A stretch of DNA of 64,000 bases from an uncultured delta proteobacterium. GTDB taxonomy: Bacteria; Desulfobacterota; Desulfobacteria; Desulfobacterales; JAFDCJ01. Position numbers and translations under genes: made by a program. The notes beneath the pieces are model-generated. The model was not told the DNA's origin. It saw only the letters and a list, made by a program, of their open reading frames with translations, and did not search any database. The DNA lies in assembly GCA_963769935.1 (NCBI GenBank), contig CAVYNY010000038.1:32001-96000 (forward strand), given 5' to 3'. Below are positions 8,025 through 17,334 of the stretch, piece after piece. Positions within the stretch are counted from its first letter, which is position 1, and the number at the start of each line of letters is the position of its first letter.

Positions 8025-10682
8025 ATGAAAAGTGTGAAATTGAAAATTAACGGGCTTCAGCATCAGTTTATCGTCGAGGACGACCGCGTCCTCCTGGATC
8101 TCCTGCGGAAAAATCTGAGGCTTACCGGCGCCAAGCAGTCCTGCGACCGCAAGGGTCAATGCGGCGCATGCACGGTCATCGTAAACGGGAAAGCATCCCG
8201 GTCGTGCCTCCTGAAGGTCGGGAGCCTCGATGGCGCGGAGATCATCACCGTAGAGGGGCTGGGAACCCCTCGGAACCCCCATCTGATCCAGGAAGCCTTT
8301 GTCTTGGCGGGAGCGATTCAATGCGGGTATTGCACCCCGGGGTTCATTATGGCAGCCAAAGCGCTGTTGGACGAAAACCCCGACCCCGGCCGGGACGAGA
8401 TTAAACAGGCTTTACAGCGCAATCTCTGCCGCTGCACCGGCTACACCCGGATCATTGAGGCCGTCGAGCTGGCTGCGCGCTTCCTGCGCGGTGAGGCCCG
8501 CCCGGAAGATCTGAAGCCCGCCACTGCCGAAAGTCAAATCGGCGTATCCCATCCTCGGCCATGGTCTCTGCTCAAGGCCTGCGGGCAGGCCGATTTCACA
8601 GCCGACATCTCCGTCCCGGACGCCCTTGAGCTGGCGGTCGTCCGCAGCCCGCACCACCATGCTAGGATAAAGCATATTGACTTCTCGGAGGCTGAAAAGA
8701 TGCCAGGAGTTGTCGGGATCATTACGGCCAGGGACATCCGCGGCACAAATTCCGTGGGAGTCGCCGTCAAAGACCAGCCGCTTTTGTGCGATGACCTGGC
8801 GCCCGTACTCGGCTCTCCGGTGGCGATCGTGGCCGCTGAAACCAGGAAGCAGGCCCTCGCGGCGGTTCAGGGTGTGCGGGTCGACTACGAGGTGTTGCCG
8901 CGCGTCGCCACCCCGGAGGCCGCGCTGGCCGAAGGCTCCCCGGAAATCCATCCCGGCACGCCCAACCTCTGCCACTCCCGACGCCAGGTCAGAGGCGATG
9001 CCGGGACAGCCCTGAAGGACTCGGCGGCCGTGGTTGCAGCGGAGTTTTATTCGCAGCTCATCCATCAGGCGCCGCTCGAGCCGGAGGCTGCGGTCGCGTA
9101 CCTGGAAGGCCGGGGCGAGGATGCGCAGCTGGTGGTCATTGGCCGGTCCATCTGGATCCACTATCACGTGGAAGTGCTTCAGGACGCCCTCGGGTGGGGG
9201 AACATCCGCTATGAGGAGGCGTTTGCCGGGGGCCAATTCGGCATCAAAGTCGATATTACCTCCGAAGCCATTGCCGGAGCGGCGGCGCTGCACTTTCAAA
9301 GGCCGGTCCGCTACATCCCCAGCCTGACCGAATCGATGTGGATGACGACCAAGCGGCACCCTTTCCGGATGAAAGTGCGGCTGGGCTCCGACGCGGACGG
9401 CCGATTGATGGGGTATGACATTGACCTCGTTGTGGAGAACGGCGCCTATATGTCGATCGGCCCGGAGGTGGTCAGCCGAGCGCTGGGAATGCTCAGCGGC
9501 GGCTACCACATCCCGAACGTGTCCGCCGACGCGAAACTGGTGTATACCAACAATGCCTGGGGTGGAGCCGCCCGCGGCGCCGGACCGCCGCAGGTGAACT
9601 TTGCCCTGGAGTCGGCGATGGATCTGCTGGCCGCTGAACTGAAAATGGATCCTTACGAATTTAGACGGATCAATGCCCTGCAGCCGGGACAGTCCATGTC
9701 CACCGGCCATGTGGCTGAGGAATGGGCATTCGGAAATTGCCTGGCCAAGATCGGACCGATTTATAAGCGCGCCCGCGAGGAAGCCGCAGCCTACAAGTCC
9801 GGACCGGTTCGGCGGGGCGTGGGTCTGGCAGGCTCCAGCTTCGGCGTAGGCGATCCCGGCGACACATCCCATGTCGCCGTTGAGCTCGAGCCGGAAGGTG
9901 TCCTCGCCGTCTACGCCTCGGTGGCGGATCCCGGTGAGGGCAATGACGCCATGCTGACGCAGCTCGCATCGCATGTCATGGGCATCCCCCCCGAAAAAGT
10001 CCGGCTGGTGACCCGCAACACGGAGCAAACCCCCAATTCGGGGATTTCCGCCGGATCGAGGCAGACCTACATGTCCGGCAAGGCAATGGTGAGCGCCATT
10101 GAACTTCTGAAAGACGCTATGCAGGAGTCCGGCGCCAAAACCCGGGAAGATCTTTTGGCGCGGGGGAAGCCGACTCGCTACCTGGCGATGCATGTCCTGC
10201 CGCACACGGGCATGGATATGGAAACCGGCCAGGGCGAAGTCTGGGAGTCCCGCTGCCACGGCGTGCAAATGGCGGAAGTCGAAGTCAACCTGGAAAGCGG
10301 GGCGGTTAAAATCTTGAAGATGACGGCCGTGGTCGACCCGGGAACAATCATCAATCCGCTGGCTGTGATCTGCCAGCTGGAAGGCGGCATGGACATGGGA
10401 GCGGGCATGGCCCTGCGGGAGGAATATGTTCACGGAGAGACCGTCGACTGGGTAACGTATCGGTTTCCCACGATGAAGACCGCTTTCGAAATGGAAACCA
10501 TCCTGCTCGAGTCGCCCAGGAAGGGCGGACCCCTGGGGGCCACCGGGGTGGGTGAATTCACCCTCGTCCCGACCCATCCGGCCATCATCAATGCCATCGC
10601 AGACGCGGCTGGAGTCAGGATCTATGACCTGCCGGCAACCCCCGAGAAGATTCTGGCCGCGCTGAATGGCACCGCCGCTTGA
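8025..10682 (+). CDS. Single-chain molybdopterin aldehyde oxidoreductase-like enzyme with two [2Fe-2S] clusters and a Moco domain (paralog 1)
   Basis: Motifs SCDRKGQCGACTV, QCGYCTPG, NLCRCTGY, GGQFG, TKRHP, ARGAGPPQ, QLEGG and GVGE. ATG 8025 behind AGGAGG. Confidence 0.92.
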   Translation: MKSVKLKINGLQHQFIVEDDRVLLDLLRKNLRLTGAKQSCDRKGQCGACTVIVNGKASRSCLLKVGSLDGAEIITVEGLGTPRNPHLIQEAFVLAGAIQCGYCTPGFIMAAKALLDENPDPGRDEIKQALQRNLCRCTGYTRIIEAVELAARFLRGEARPEDLKPATAESQIGVSHPRPWSLLKACGQADFTADISVPDALELAVVRSPHHHARIKHIDFSEAEKMPGVVGIITARDIRGTNSVGVAVKDQPLLCDDLAPVLGSPVAIVAAETRKQALAAVQGVRVDYEVLPRVATPEAALAEGSPEIHPGTPNLCHSRRQVRGDAGTALKDSAAVVAAEFYSQLIHQAPLEPEAAVAYLEGRGEDAQLVVIGRSIWIHYHVEVLQDALGWGNIRYEEAFAGGQFGIKVDITSEAIAGAAALHFQRPVRYIPSLTESMWMTTKRHPFRMKVRLGSDADGRLMGYDIDLVVENGAYMSIGPEVVSRALGMLSGGYHIPNVSADAKLVYTNNAWGGAARGAGPPQVNFALESAMDLLAAELKMDPYEFRRINALQPGQSMSTGHVAEEWAFGNCLAKIGPIYKRAREEAAAYKSGPVRRGVGLAGSSFGVGDPGDTSHVAVELEPEGVLAVYASVADPGEGNDAMLTQLASHVMGIPPEKVRLVTRNTEQTPNSGISAGSRQTYMSGKAMVSAIELLKDAMQESGAKTREDLLARGKPTRYLAMHVLPHTGMDMETGQGEVWESRCHGVQMAEVEVNLESGAVKILKMTAVVDPGTIINPLAVICQLEGGMDMGAGMALREEYVHGETVDWVTYRFPTMKTAFEMETILLESPRKGGPLGATGVGEFTLVPTHPAIINAIADAAGVRIYDLPATPEKILAALNGTAA

Positions 10683-11062
10683 CCGATGGGATCTTAATTG
10701 TGCGCAAGCAGGACCATGTCACGGATCACGGCGGGACGCCAAGGGCGGACGCCGCCCTAAAGATCGTCCTGGATGGGGAAGGGTTTTTGAAAAACCCTTC
10801 CCTTTGGTCGGAGGATGTAGCAGCGGCTATGGCCGGGGAAGCAGGGATCCAGCTCCTGAGCGCGGCGCAGTGGAAAGTCCTGCGATTCATCCGGGCTTAC
10901 TACACCGAGCAAGGCAAGGCACCGCTTAATTATCACATCAAAGCAGCAACGGGCATGCGCCTTCAGGAAATCGAAGCCCTGTTCCCGGGCGGGATTTCCA
11001 ACGGTGCAAAACGGCTGGCGGGTTTGCCCAGATCCAGGGGATGCACCGCCGGCTCAGGGTGA
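10679..11062 (+). CDS. TusE/DsrC-family sulfur-relay protein (single C-terminal Cys)
   Basis: Motifs LDGEGFL, WSEDVA, QWKVLRFIRAYY, LFPGG and AGLPRSRGC. TTG start overlaps the upstream TGA; the exact start is uncertain. Confidence 0.85.
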   Translation: MTDGILIVRKQDHVTDHGGTPRADAALKIVLDGEGFLKNPSLWSEDVAAAMAGEAGIQLLSAAQWKVLRFIRAYYTEQGKAPLNYHIKAATGMRLQEIEALFPGGISNGAKRLAGLPRSRGCTAGSG

Positions 11063-11128
11063 AAACGTTGCCTAAATCTGTATAACTGTCTAGAAGAAGT
11101 TGGCGCCAGACCGTTGCATTTGCGAAGT

Positions 11129-11234
11129 CGATGCTGGATGCTCGATACTTGAAGTACTTGATACTGGATTTTCAGGCATGCACCGGCAGTGAAATCCACA
11201 AAAATCCAGCATCCAGAAACCAGTATCCAGGATC
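11129..11234. repeat. Inverted heptamer-array palindrome (gatgctg/gatactg ... cagcatc/cagtatc) between convergent genes
   Basis: atgctggatgctcgatact...atactggatttt versus aaaatccagcatccagaaaccagtatccag. Confidence 0.7.
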
Positions 11235-11304
11235 AATCCATAATACCCATGACTTTCTTCGGAACAGCCAGAGTTCGATGCAATACTTTATGCAATTATA
11301 GGGT

Positions 11305-11661
11305 TTAGCTGCAGGTTTTGGGGTTGGGCAGCCCGGCCAGCCGTCTGGCCCCCTTCCTGAGACCCTCCGGAAAAAGGCTCTCCAGTTCCAGCAGGCTCAT
11401 CGCGATTCCCTTCCGAAGCTCGTTGTTCAGGGGCGCCCGGCCGTTGTAAGCATAAAACTCACGCAGGAAACGGACCACCTGTCGCTGCCGGTCGGTTATG
11501 CGCTCAATGCCGCCTTCGCGGGCCAGGGCCTCGAAGATTTCCTCCGACCAATCCTCAAAATGCTCAAAGAATCCCTCATCGTCAAAGGCGATATCGCGGC
11601 CGGCGATAACGCGCAGGCAACGCTTGGCATCTTTTTCCTCTTCCGGTGGTGAAATGCCCAT
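11305..11661 (-). CDS. TusE/DsrC-family sulfur-relay protein (single C-terminal Cys)
   Basis: Motifs FDDEGFF, WSEEI, VVRFLREFY, LFPEG and AGLPNPKTCS. ATG 11661 lies 7 bp after the stop of oxidoreductase paralog 2. Confidence 0.88.
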   Translation of the reverse strand: MGISPPEEEKDAKRCLRVIAGRDIAFDDEGFFEHFEDWSEEIFEALAREGGIERITDRQRQVVRFLREFYAYNGRAPLNNELRKGIAMSLLELESLFPEGLRKGARRLAGLPNPKTCS

Positions 11662-11668
11662 GGTCGAA

Positions 11669-14335
11669 TTATCGAGCGGCTGCCAGCGCGGCCTTGATTT
11701 TTTCAGGGGTGGCCGGCAACTCGCAGATCCACACCCCGGTGGCATTTTTGATGGCATTGATCACGGCCGGCGCAGTAGGCACCATGCACATCTCACCGAC
11801 GCCGGTGGCACCCAGCGGCCCCTTCGGACGCGGCGTTTCCCTGAAGATGACTTCCATATCGAAGGCATCCTGGATTTTCGGGAAACTAAAGGTCCTCCAG
11901 TCCCGGGTCTTGCCGGCCACGTATTCCTCCCGCAGCGCGAAGCCTACCCCCATGTCCATGCCGCCTTCCAACTGGCCGGTCAGGTTCTGGGGATTGATGA
12001 CGGGTCCGGCATCGACCGCCGTGGTCATCTTGAGAACCCTGACGTTGCCGGTTTCGGTATTCACTTCAAGCTCGACCATCTGCACGGCATGCACCTGGGA
12101 CTCGAAAGACGGTCCCTGACCGGTAACGGGGTCCAGGGAACCTTCGTCTTCGTTTCGTTTGCGTCCGACATAGCGTTTGGGCTTTCCCGCCGCATCGAGC
12201 GCGGCCGAAGTTTTAGCCCCGGTTTCCAGCATGGCCGCTTGCAACTGCTCCAGCGCGTTGAGCAGGGCGCCTCCGATCATATAGGTGACCCGGCTGCCGG
12301 CGGCCGGACCGCTGGCGGCGGTGTTGATGGTGTCGCGGGTATGCAGCCGCACCCGGTCCAGGGGAATTTTCATGAACTCGGCCGTGAGCTGGCTCAGCAT
12401 GGCATCGTTGCCCTCGCCGGGGTCGGCCGCCGCAGTGTAGACGCTGATGCCGCCGTCGGGGTCGAGTTCCGCGGCGGCCACGGAGGCATCGCCGGGCATG
12501 GCGATGCCGAAGGCCCCGGTGCCCAGGCCAACGCCGCGCTTCAGCATGCCCGAATGGCCGGCGGCAGCCTCCTTGACAGCCCTCTGGTAGTGGGGCCGCA
12601 GAGCTTCCATCAACTCCGGAAAAGGCCATTCCTGCACCACCCGTCCGGTGGATTTGCTCTGGCCCGGCTTCAAGGAATTGCGCAGCCGGAAATCGAACGG
12701 ATTCATGGCGAGCTGGTCGGCCAGCATGTCCATGGCGCATTCCAGGGCGAAGTTGGCCTGCGGCGGCCCCGCGCCGCGGGCCGCGCTGCCCCAGGGATTG
12801 TTGGTGTAGACCAGCCGGCCCCGCGCCGCGATGTTGGGGATGTTGTAGGAGCCCGAGAGCATGAGCAGGGCGCGAAGGACCACCACGTGGCCGATGGAGT
12901 AGTAGGCGCCGTTGTCCACGACAATGTCGTTGCAGAAGGCCGTCAGGTTGCCCTGGCGGTCCGCCGCCAGCTTGACGCCGCATGTCAAAGGCATGGCGCT
13001 TGGAGGTCATCAGCATGCTTTCGGCCAGGCTGGGGATATACCGAACCGGCCGTTTAAAGTGGATGGCGGCGGCACCGGCGATGCCCTCGGAGATCACATC
13101 GATCTTGATTCCGAACTGGCTGCCGGAGATAGGCCTCGATGTAACGCATATTCTCCCAGCCCAGGGCGGTTTGAAGCATGCCCAGATGAAAGTGAATATT
13201 GATGCTGCGGCCGATGATCACCAGCTGGTCGTCCCCGCCCGTGTCGTCCTTTTCCCAGTAAGCAATCGTGGCTTCGGGCTCGAGCGGGGCCTGGTGATTG
13301 ATCTGGGTCTTGAAGCGGGCCTCGACCACCGCGGCCGAGCCTTGCAGGGCAGCCTCCGCATCCCCTTTGATCTGCGGCTGGTCATAACACAGATTGGCAA
13401 GCTCCGGATGAAGCTGAACCGCCGCGGGGGCCAGCGCCGCTTCCGGATCGCTCAAGGCCGGCAGCGGTTCGAGTTGAACGTTTACCTTTTCCAGCGCGGC
13501 CGCGGCATTCTCACGGGTGTCCGCCGCTACCGCCAGGATGGGGTCTCCGATATAGCGGACCTCGTCCTTGCACAGCACGGGACGGTCCGCCACGATGTAT
13601 TTCAGGATATTGGTGCCCTTGATGTCCGCGGCGGTCAGACACTCCGGCGACGCCCGGCATCTTTTCGGCCTGCGAAGCGTCGATTGAGACAATCCGCGCA
13701 TGGGGGACCTCGCTGCGCAGTACGGCCAGCTCGAGCGCCCCCTTGAGATGGAAGTCCGCCGTAAATTTTGCCGTGCCGCAAGCCTTGGCCATGGCGGACG
13801 GGCGCGGATGGGAGATGCCCATGACGCCGTCCGCCGGCTTGGGCCTTACGGTCTCAGGCGTGGTTTCGCCGCGTAGAAATCGGCCGGCCAGCTGCACGGC
13901 TTCGATGATTTTCTTGTAACCGGTGCAGCGGCACAGGTTCCGGCGCAGGGCCTGTTTGATCTCCTCGACCGTGGGCTTGGGATTTGCATCCAGCAGGGCC
14001 TTGGCGGCCATGATCATCCCGGGGGTGCAGAATCCGCACTGGATCGCACCGGCCAGCACGAAGGCCTCCTGGATAAGATGGGGATTGTCCGGCGTCCCCA
14101 AGCCCTCAACCGTGATAATGTCGGCACCATCCAGTTCGGCCGCCCGGAACAGACAGGAACGCTGCGCCCTGCCGTTTACCACCACCGTGCAGGCGCCGCA
14201 TTGGCCCTTGCGGTCACAGGATTGCTTGGCACCGGTCAGCCGCAGGTCCTCCCGCAGCAGATCCAGGAGTACGGTTTTACGATCGGCGATCAAATCACGC
14301 CATACGCCGTTGACTCGCAGTCGAATCTTACGCAT
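11669..14335 (-). pseudogene. Single-chain aldehyde oxidoreductase-like Mo enzyme (paralog 2), interrupted by three +1 insertions (pseudogene or sequencing error)
   Basis: ORF pieces 13511-14335, 13054-13701, 12213-13097 and 11669-12994 are collinear with paralog 1. Removing single extra bases at ~13639, ~13128 and ~12979 gives an ~887-aa ORF. Confidence 0.85.
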
Positions 14336-14438
14336 CTCTTCTCCTCTTCTACCGGCCTTCGCATGCCAACGAACCGGCCGGCGTTTTCACTTTTGGGTCG
14401 CGAAACGCCCGGAATGCCCGCCGTCGATTTGCCACCGT

Positions 14439-16070
14439 TTATTCGGATTCCATGAACGGGTAGCGATAGTCGGTTGCAGGGGCGAAGGTCTCCTTGATTG
14501 TGCGCGGGCTGACCCAGCGCAGCAGATTGAGCAGCGTGCCGGCCTTGTCGTTGGTTCCCGAAGCCCGGCTGCCGCCGAAAGGCTGCTGGCCGATCATGGC
14601 GCCGGTGGGCTTGTCGTTGATGTAGAAGTTTCCGGCGGCGTTTACCAATACCCGTTTGGCGGTTACGACGGCCTGCCGCTGCACGGCAAATATGGAGCCG
14701 GTCAAGGCGTAGGGCGACGTGCGGTCGCACAGGCGCAGGGTTTCCTCATAGCGGTCGTCCTCGTAAATAAACAGTGTGAGCACCGGCCCGAAGATTTCCT
14801 CCACCATGGTTTTGAAGTCCGGTTTCTTGGCCAGGATAAGCGTGGGTTGGATGAAGTAGCCCGTGCGGTCGTCGCAGGAGCCGCCGGCAATGATCTCGGC
14901 GTCGGGGGATTTCTGCGCAAACTCGATGTAGCCGGCGATCTTGTCGAAGGCGGCCTTGTCGATAACGGCATTGACGAAATTGCTGAAATCTTCCGGTGGG
15001 CCCACCCGGATGCTGCCGACCATCTCCAATAGAATATCTTTCAGCGATTGCCAGAGGGATTGCGGGATGTAGGCGCGGGAGGCCGCCGAACACTTCTGGC
15101 CCTGGTATTCGAAGGCGCCGCGCACCAGCGCCACGGCCAGGGCCTGCGGATCGGCGGAAGCGTGGGCGAATATGAAATCCTTGCCGCCGGTCTCGCCCAC
15201 CAGGCGGGGGTAGCTGCGGTATTGCCCGATATTGGCTCCGACGGTTTGCCAGATCTCCCGGAACACGGCCGTCGAACCCGTGAAATGCACGCCGGCCAGT
15301 TCGGGATGCTTCAGCAGCGCCGGTCCGAGCTGGCTGCCGGGACCCGGTAAAAAATTGATGACGCCGTCCGGCAGCCCGGCTTCATGAAAGATCTGCATCA
15401 GGTGATAGGCAGCATAGACCGCCGTGGATGCCGGCTTCCAGATCACGGTATTGCCGAGCAGGGCCGGCGCGGCCGCCAGGTTGACCCCCAGTGCGGTAAA
15501 ATTGAAGGGCGAAATCGCGAATACGAACCCCTCCAGCGGCCGGTATTCCATCTGGTTCCAGACGCCGGGGGCGGAGAGGGGCTGCAGGCCGAACAGGCGA
15601 GCCGCGTTCCAGCAGTAAAATCGCAGAAAATCGGCGCTTTCGCAGGCAGCCTCGATCTCGGCTTGAAAGATGTTCTTGCCCTGGCCCAGCATGGTGGCGG
15701 CGTTCATCTGCATGCGGTGGGAGCCTGCGATAAGATCGGCCGCTTTCATAAAGACGGCCAGTCGATCCGCCCAGGCCATCGAGGACCATTCCACGGCGGC
15801 CTCACGCGCCGCATCGACGGCCATGGCGATTTCCTGCGGGCCCGCCAGGTGATAGACAGCCAGCCGGTGGCGGTGATCGTGGGGCACGATGCAGGCGGCG
15901 GTCCGCTCGGTTCGCACTTCGCGGCCGCCGATGATCAGCGGGATTTCGATTTCTTTGCCCCTGAGCTCGCCCAGGACCGCGGTTATCCGGCGCCGCTCGG
16001 GGCTGCCCGGCCCATAGGACAAGACCGGTTCATTTTGCGGCGGTTCGATGGTGACAGTGGCATTTATCAT
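14439..16070 (-). CDS. pruA: L-glutamate gamma-semialdehyde (1-pyrroline-5-carboxylate) dehydrogenase
   Basis: Motifs PQNEPVLSYGPGSPER, ISPFNFTA, FTGST, GETGGKDF, FEYQGQKCSAASR, EEIFGP and QQPFGGSRASGTNDKAG. ATG 16070 behind AAGGAG. Confidence 0.92.
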   Translation of the reverse strand: MINATVTIEPPQNEPVLSYGPGSPERRRITAVLGELRGKEIEIPLIIGGREVRTERTAACIVPHDHRHRLAVYHLAGPQEIAMAVDAAREAAVEWSSMAWADRLAVFMKAADLIAGSHRMQMNAATMLGQGKNIFQAEIEAACESADFLRFYCWNAARLFGLQPLSAPGVWNQMEYRPLEGFVFAISPFNFTALGVNLAAAPALLGNTVIWKPASTAVYAAYHLMQIFHEAGLPDGVINFLPGPGSQLGPALLKHPELAGVHFTGSTAVFREIWQTVGANIGQYRSYPRLVGETGGKDFIFAHASADPQALAVALVRGAFEYQGQKCSAASRAYIPQSLWQSLKDILLEMVGSIRVGPPEDFSNFVNAVIDKAAFDKIAGYIEFAQKSPDAEIIAGGSCDDRTGYFIQPTLILAKKPDFKTMVEEIFGPVLTLFIYEDDRYEETLRLCDRTSPYALTGSIFAVQRQAVVTAKRVLVNAAGNFYINDKPTGAMIGQQPFGGSRASGTNDKAGTLLNLLRWVSPRTIKETFAPATDYRYPFMESE

Positions 16071-16313
16071 GGCAGCTTGCTTGCTCCTTTCTATACCTAA
16101 CGACATAAACTCTGGTGCATACGCACACAGTGTTCTGCCTATTTGATCCTGTTCATAAATTAAAGATCAGTATTCAAAAGGCAAGTAAAAAAATTTTATA
16201 ACGCAGTGGCTATCATGTTAAAAATGGCCTAGCCAATGGCCCAAAATCCTAACCGGCAGTAAGGGCACTATCCATATCGGCTTGATGCCCGAAGCGATTA
16301 TCATAGAGCTTTG

Positions 16314-16335
16314 CATATGTCAATTGTGATATAAC
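16314..16335. promoter_or_regulatory. ModE-box-like palindrome CATATGTCA-ATTG-TGATATAAC upstream of the pruA-oxidoreductase-tusE operon
   Basis: Matches the 3947 and 29580 sites (9-4-9 palindrome). Confidence 0.55.
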
Positions 16336-16404
16336 CAGATAGCATTTTTGCAGGAAAAGGTGGGCGGGTGGAGAGGGATTTCTGCCGGGATAAACGCCTT
16401 CGGA

Positions 16405-16758
16405 TCAGCTGTCGAGGTAGGCCGCCATCAGATTGTCGTAAACGTCGTTGGATTCGGCCTCGACGATCTGCGAGATGCGCTTGAACTGTTTCAGGAGGGT
16501 TTCGCCCAGGGGCGTCAGGCGGGAGCCCTGGGGCTGCCGGATCAGCAGTGCTTTGCCCAGTCGCTTCTCGGTGGCGCTGATCCGCGCCCAGATCGCCCGA
16601 TAGCTCATCTTAAGCTCTTTGGCGGCGGCCTGCAGCGAACCAAGGCGCTGCACCGCCTCAAGAATGCGGTACCTGCCTAATCCGAATACCACCTTTCCCC
16701 GGGCGTCTTCCACCCAGATTTTCGACCGGATGCGAAACGGTGATTCTTTGGTTACCAT
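16405..16758 (-). CDS. ModE-like winged-helix regulator (N-terminal DNA-binding domain only)
   Basis: Sequence RSKIWVE..GKVVFGLGRYRILEAVQRLGSLQAAAKELKMSYRAIW..GSRLTP. ATG 16758 behind AGGAGG; no TOBE/mop domains. Confidence 0.85.
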   Translation of the reverse strand: MVTKESPFRIRSKIWVEDARGKVVFGLGRYRILEAVQRLGSLQAAAKELKMSYRAIWARISATEKRLGKALLIRQPQGSRLTPLGETLLKQFKRISQIVEAESNDVYDNLMAAYLDS

Positions 16759-16830
16759 GGGAAGCCTCCTTTTTGGGCTCAGCAACCACCTGCGGATGAT
16801 TTGATCTCGTTGCCGATGAATGATTTTGAA

Positions 16831-16935
16831 TTCCACCGCAAAGAGCGCAAAGGGTACTTTTCTTTTCGTTTGCCTTTGAGAGGAAGGCATATAATAAATA
16901 TTTTATCTCTACGTCCTTCGCGCCTCTGCGGTGAA
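16831..16935. repeat. Palindromic CACCGCA-AGA...TCT-GCGGTG element
   Basis: ttccaccgcaaagagcgcaaag ... cttcgcgcctctgcggtgaa; related elements at 36425-36520 and 53051-53141. Confidence 0.65.
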
Positions 16936-17334
16936 AAAATATTACTGCGAATACGTCACCGTAATTAAGAATTGGTGCACTTAGCACTTATGAGGTGTAT
17001 CTCCGCCCGGACCATGGCGGTTGTTTTCTTCAGGGGTTCGGCAGATTCATCTTCGCCAAATTTTTACCAGATTGCAGGCCCGCTGTCCAGTAAAGATATC
17101 CGCCCAGCCGCCGGCCAAAACAACACAGCCGGTCTGGTTAGAAATGGCGAATGTCGAATGTCGAAGGAAGGTATTCTGTCTTTTTTGTAAAAAAATATTG
17201 CGAGTGAGAAACCATCCTTCGAAATTCGAATCGCAAGGCACATCTTTAGTGTAATTCGCTGCAACGTCCAGGTGAAGTTTCAAAGCAGGCAGGGGTATCG
17301 GAAAAGGTAATTTCCCCCTGAAAAAGAAAGCGGA

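Noticed and set aside
8412..10577. Long antisense ORFs (721 aa here; also 11498-13057, 21283-22995 and 33169-34854)
   Set aside because: They are shadows of GC-rich genes on the opposite strand and have no motifs.
10679..11661. True DsrC of dissimilatory sulfite reduction
   Set aside because: Both proteins lack the second conserved Cys (C-X10-C), and dsrAB is not in the window.
12970..13650. Programmed frameshifting in oxidoreductase paralog 2
   Set aside because: Three separate shifts would be needed and none lies in a slippery run.
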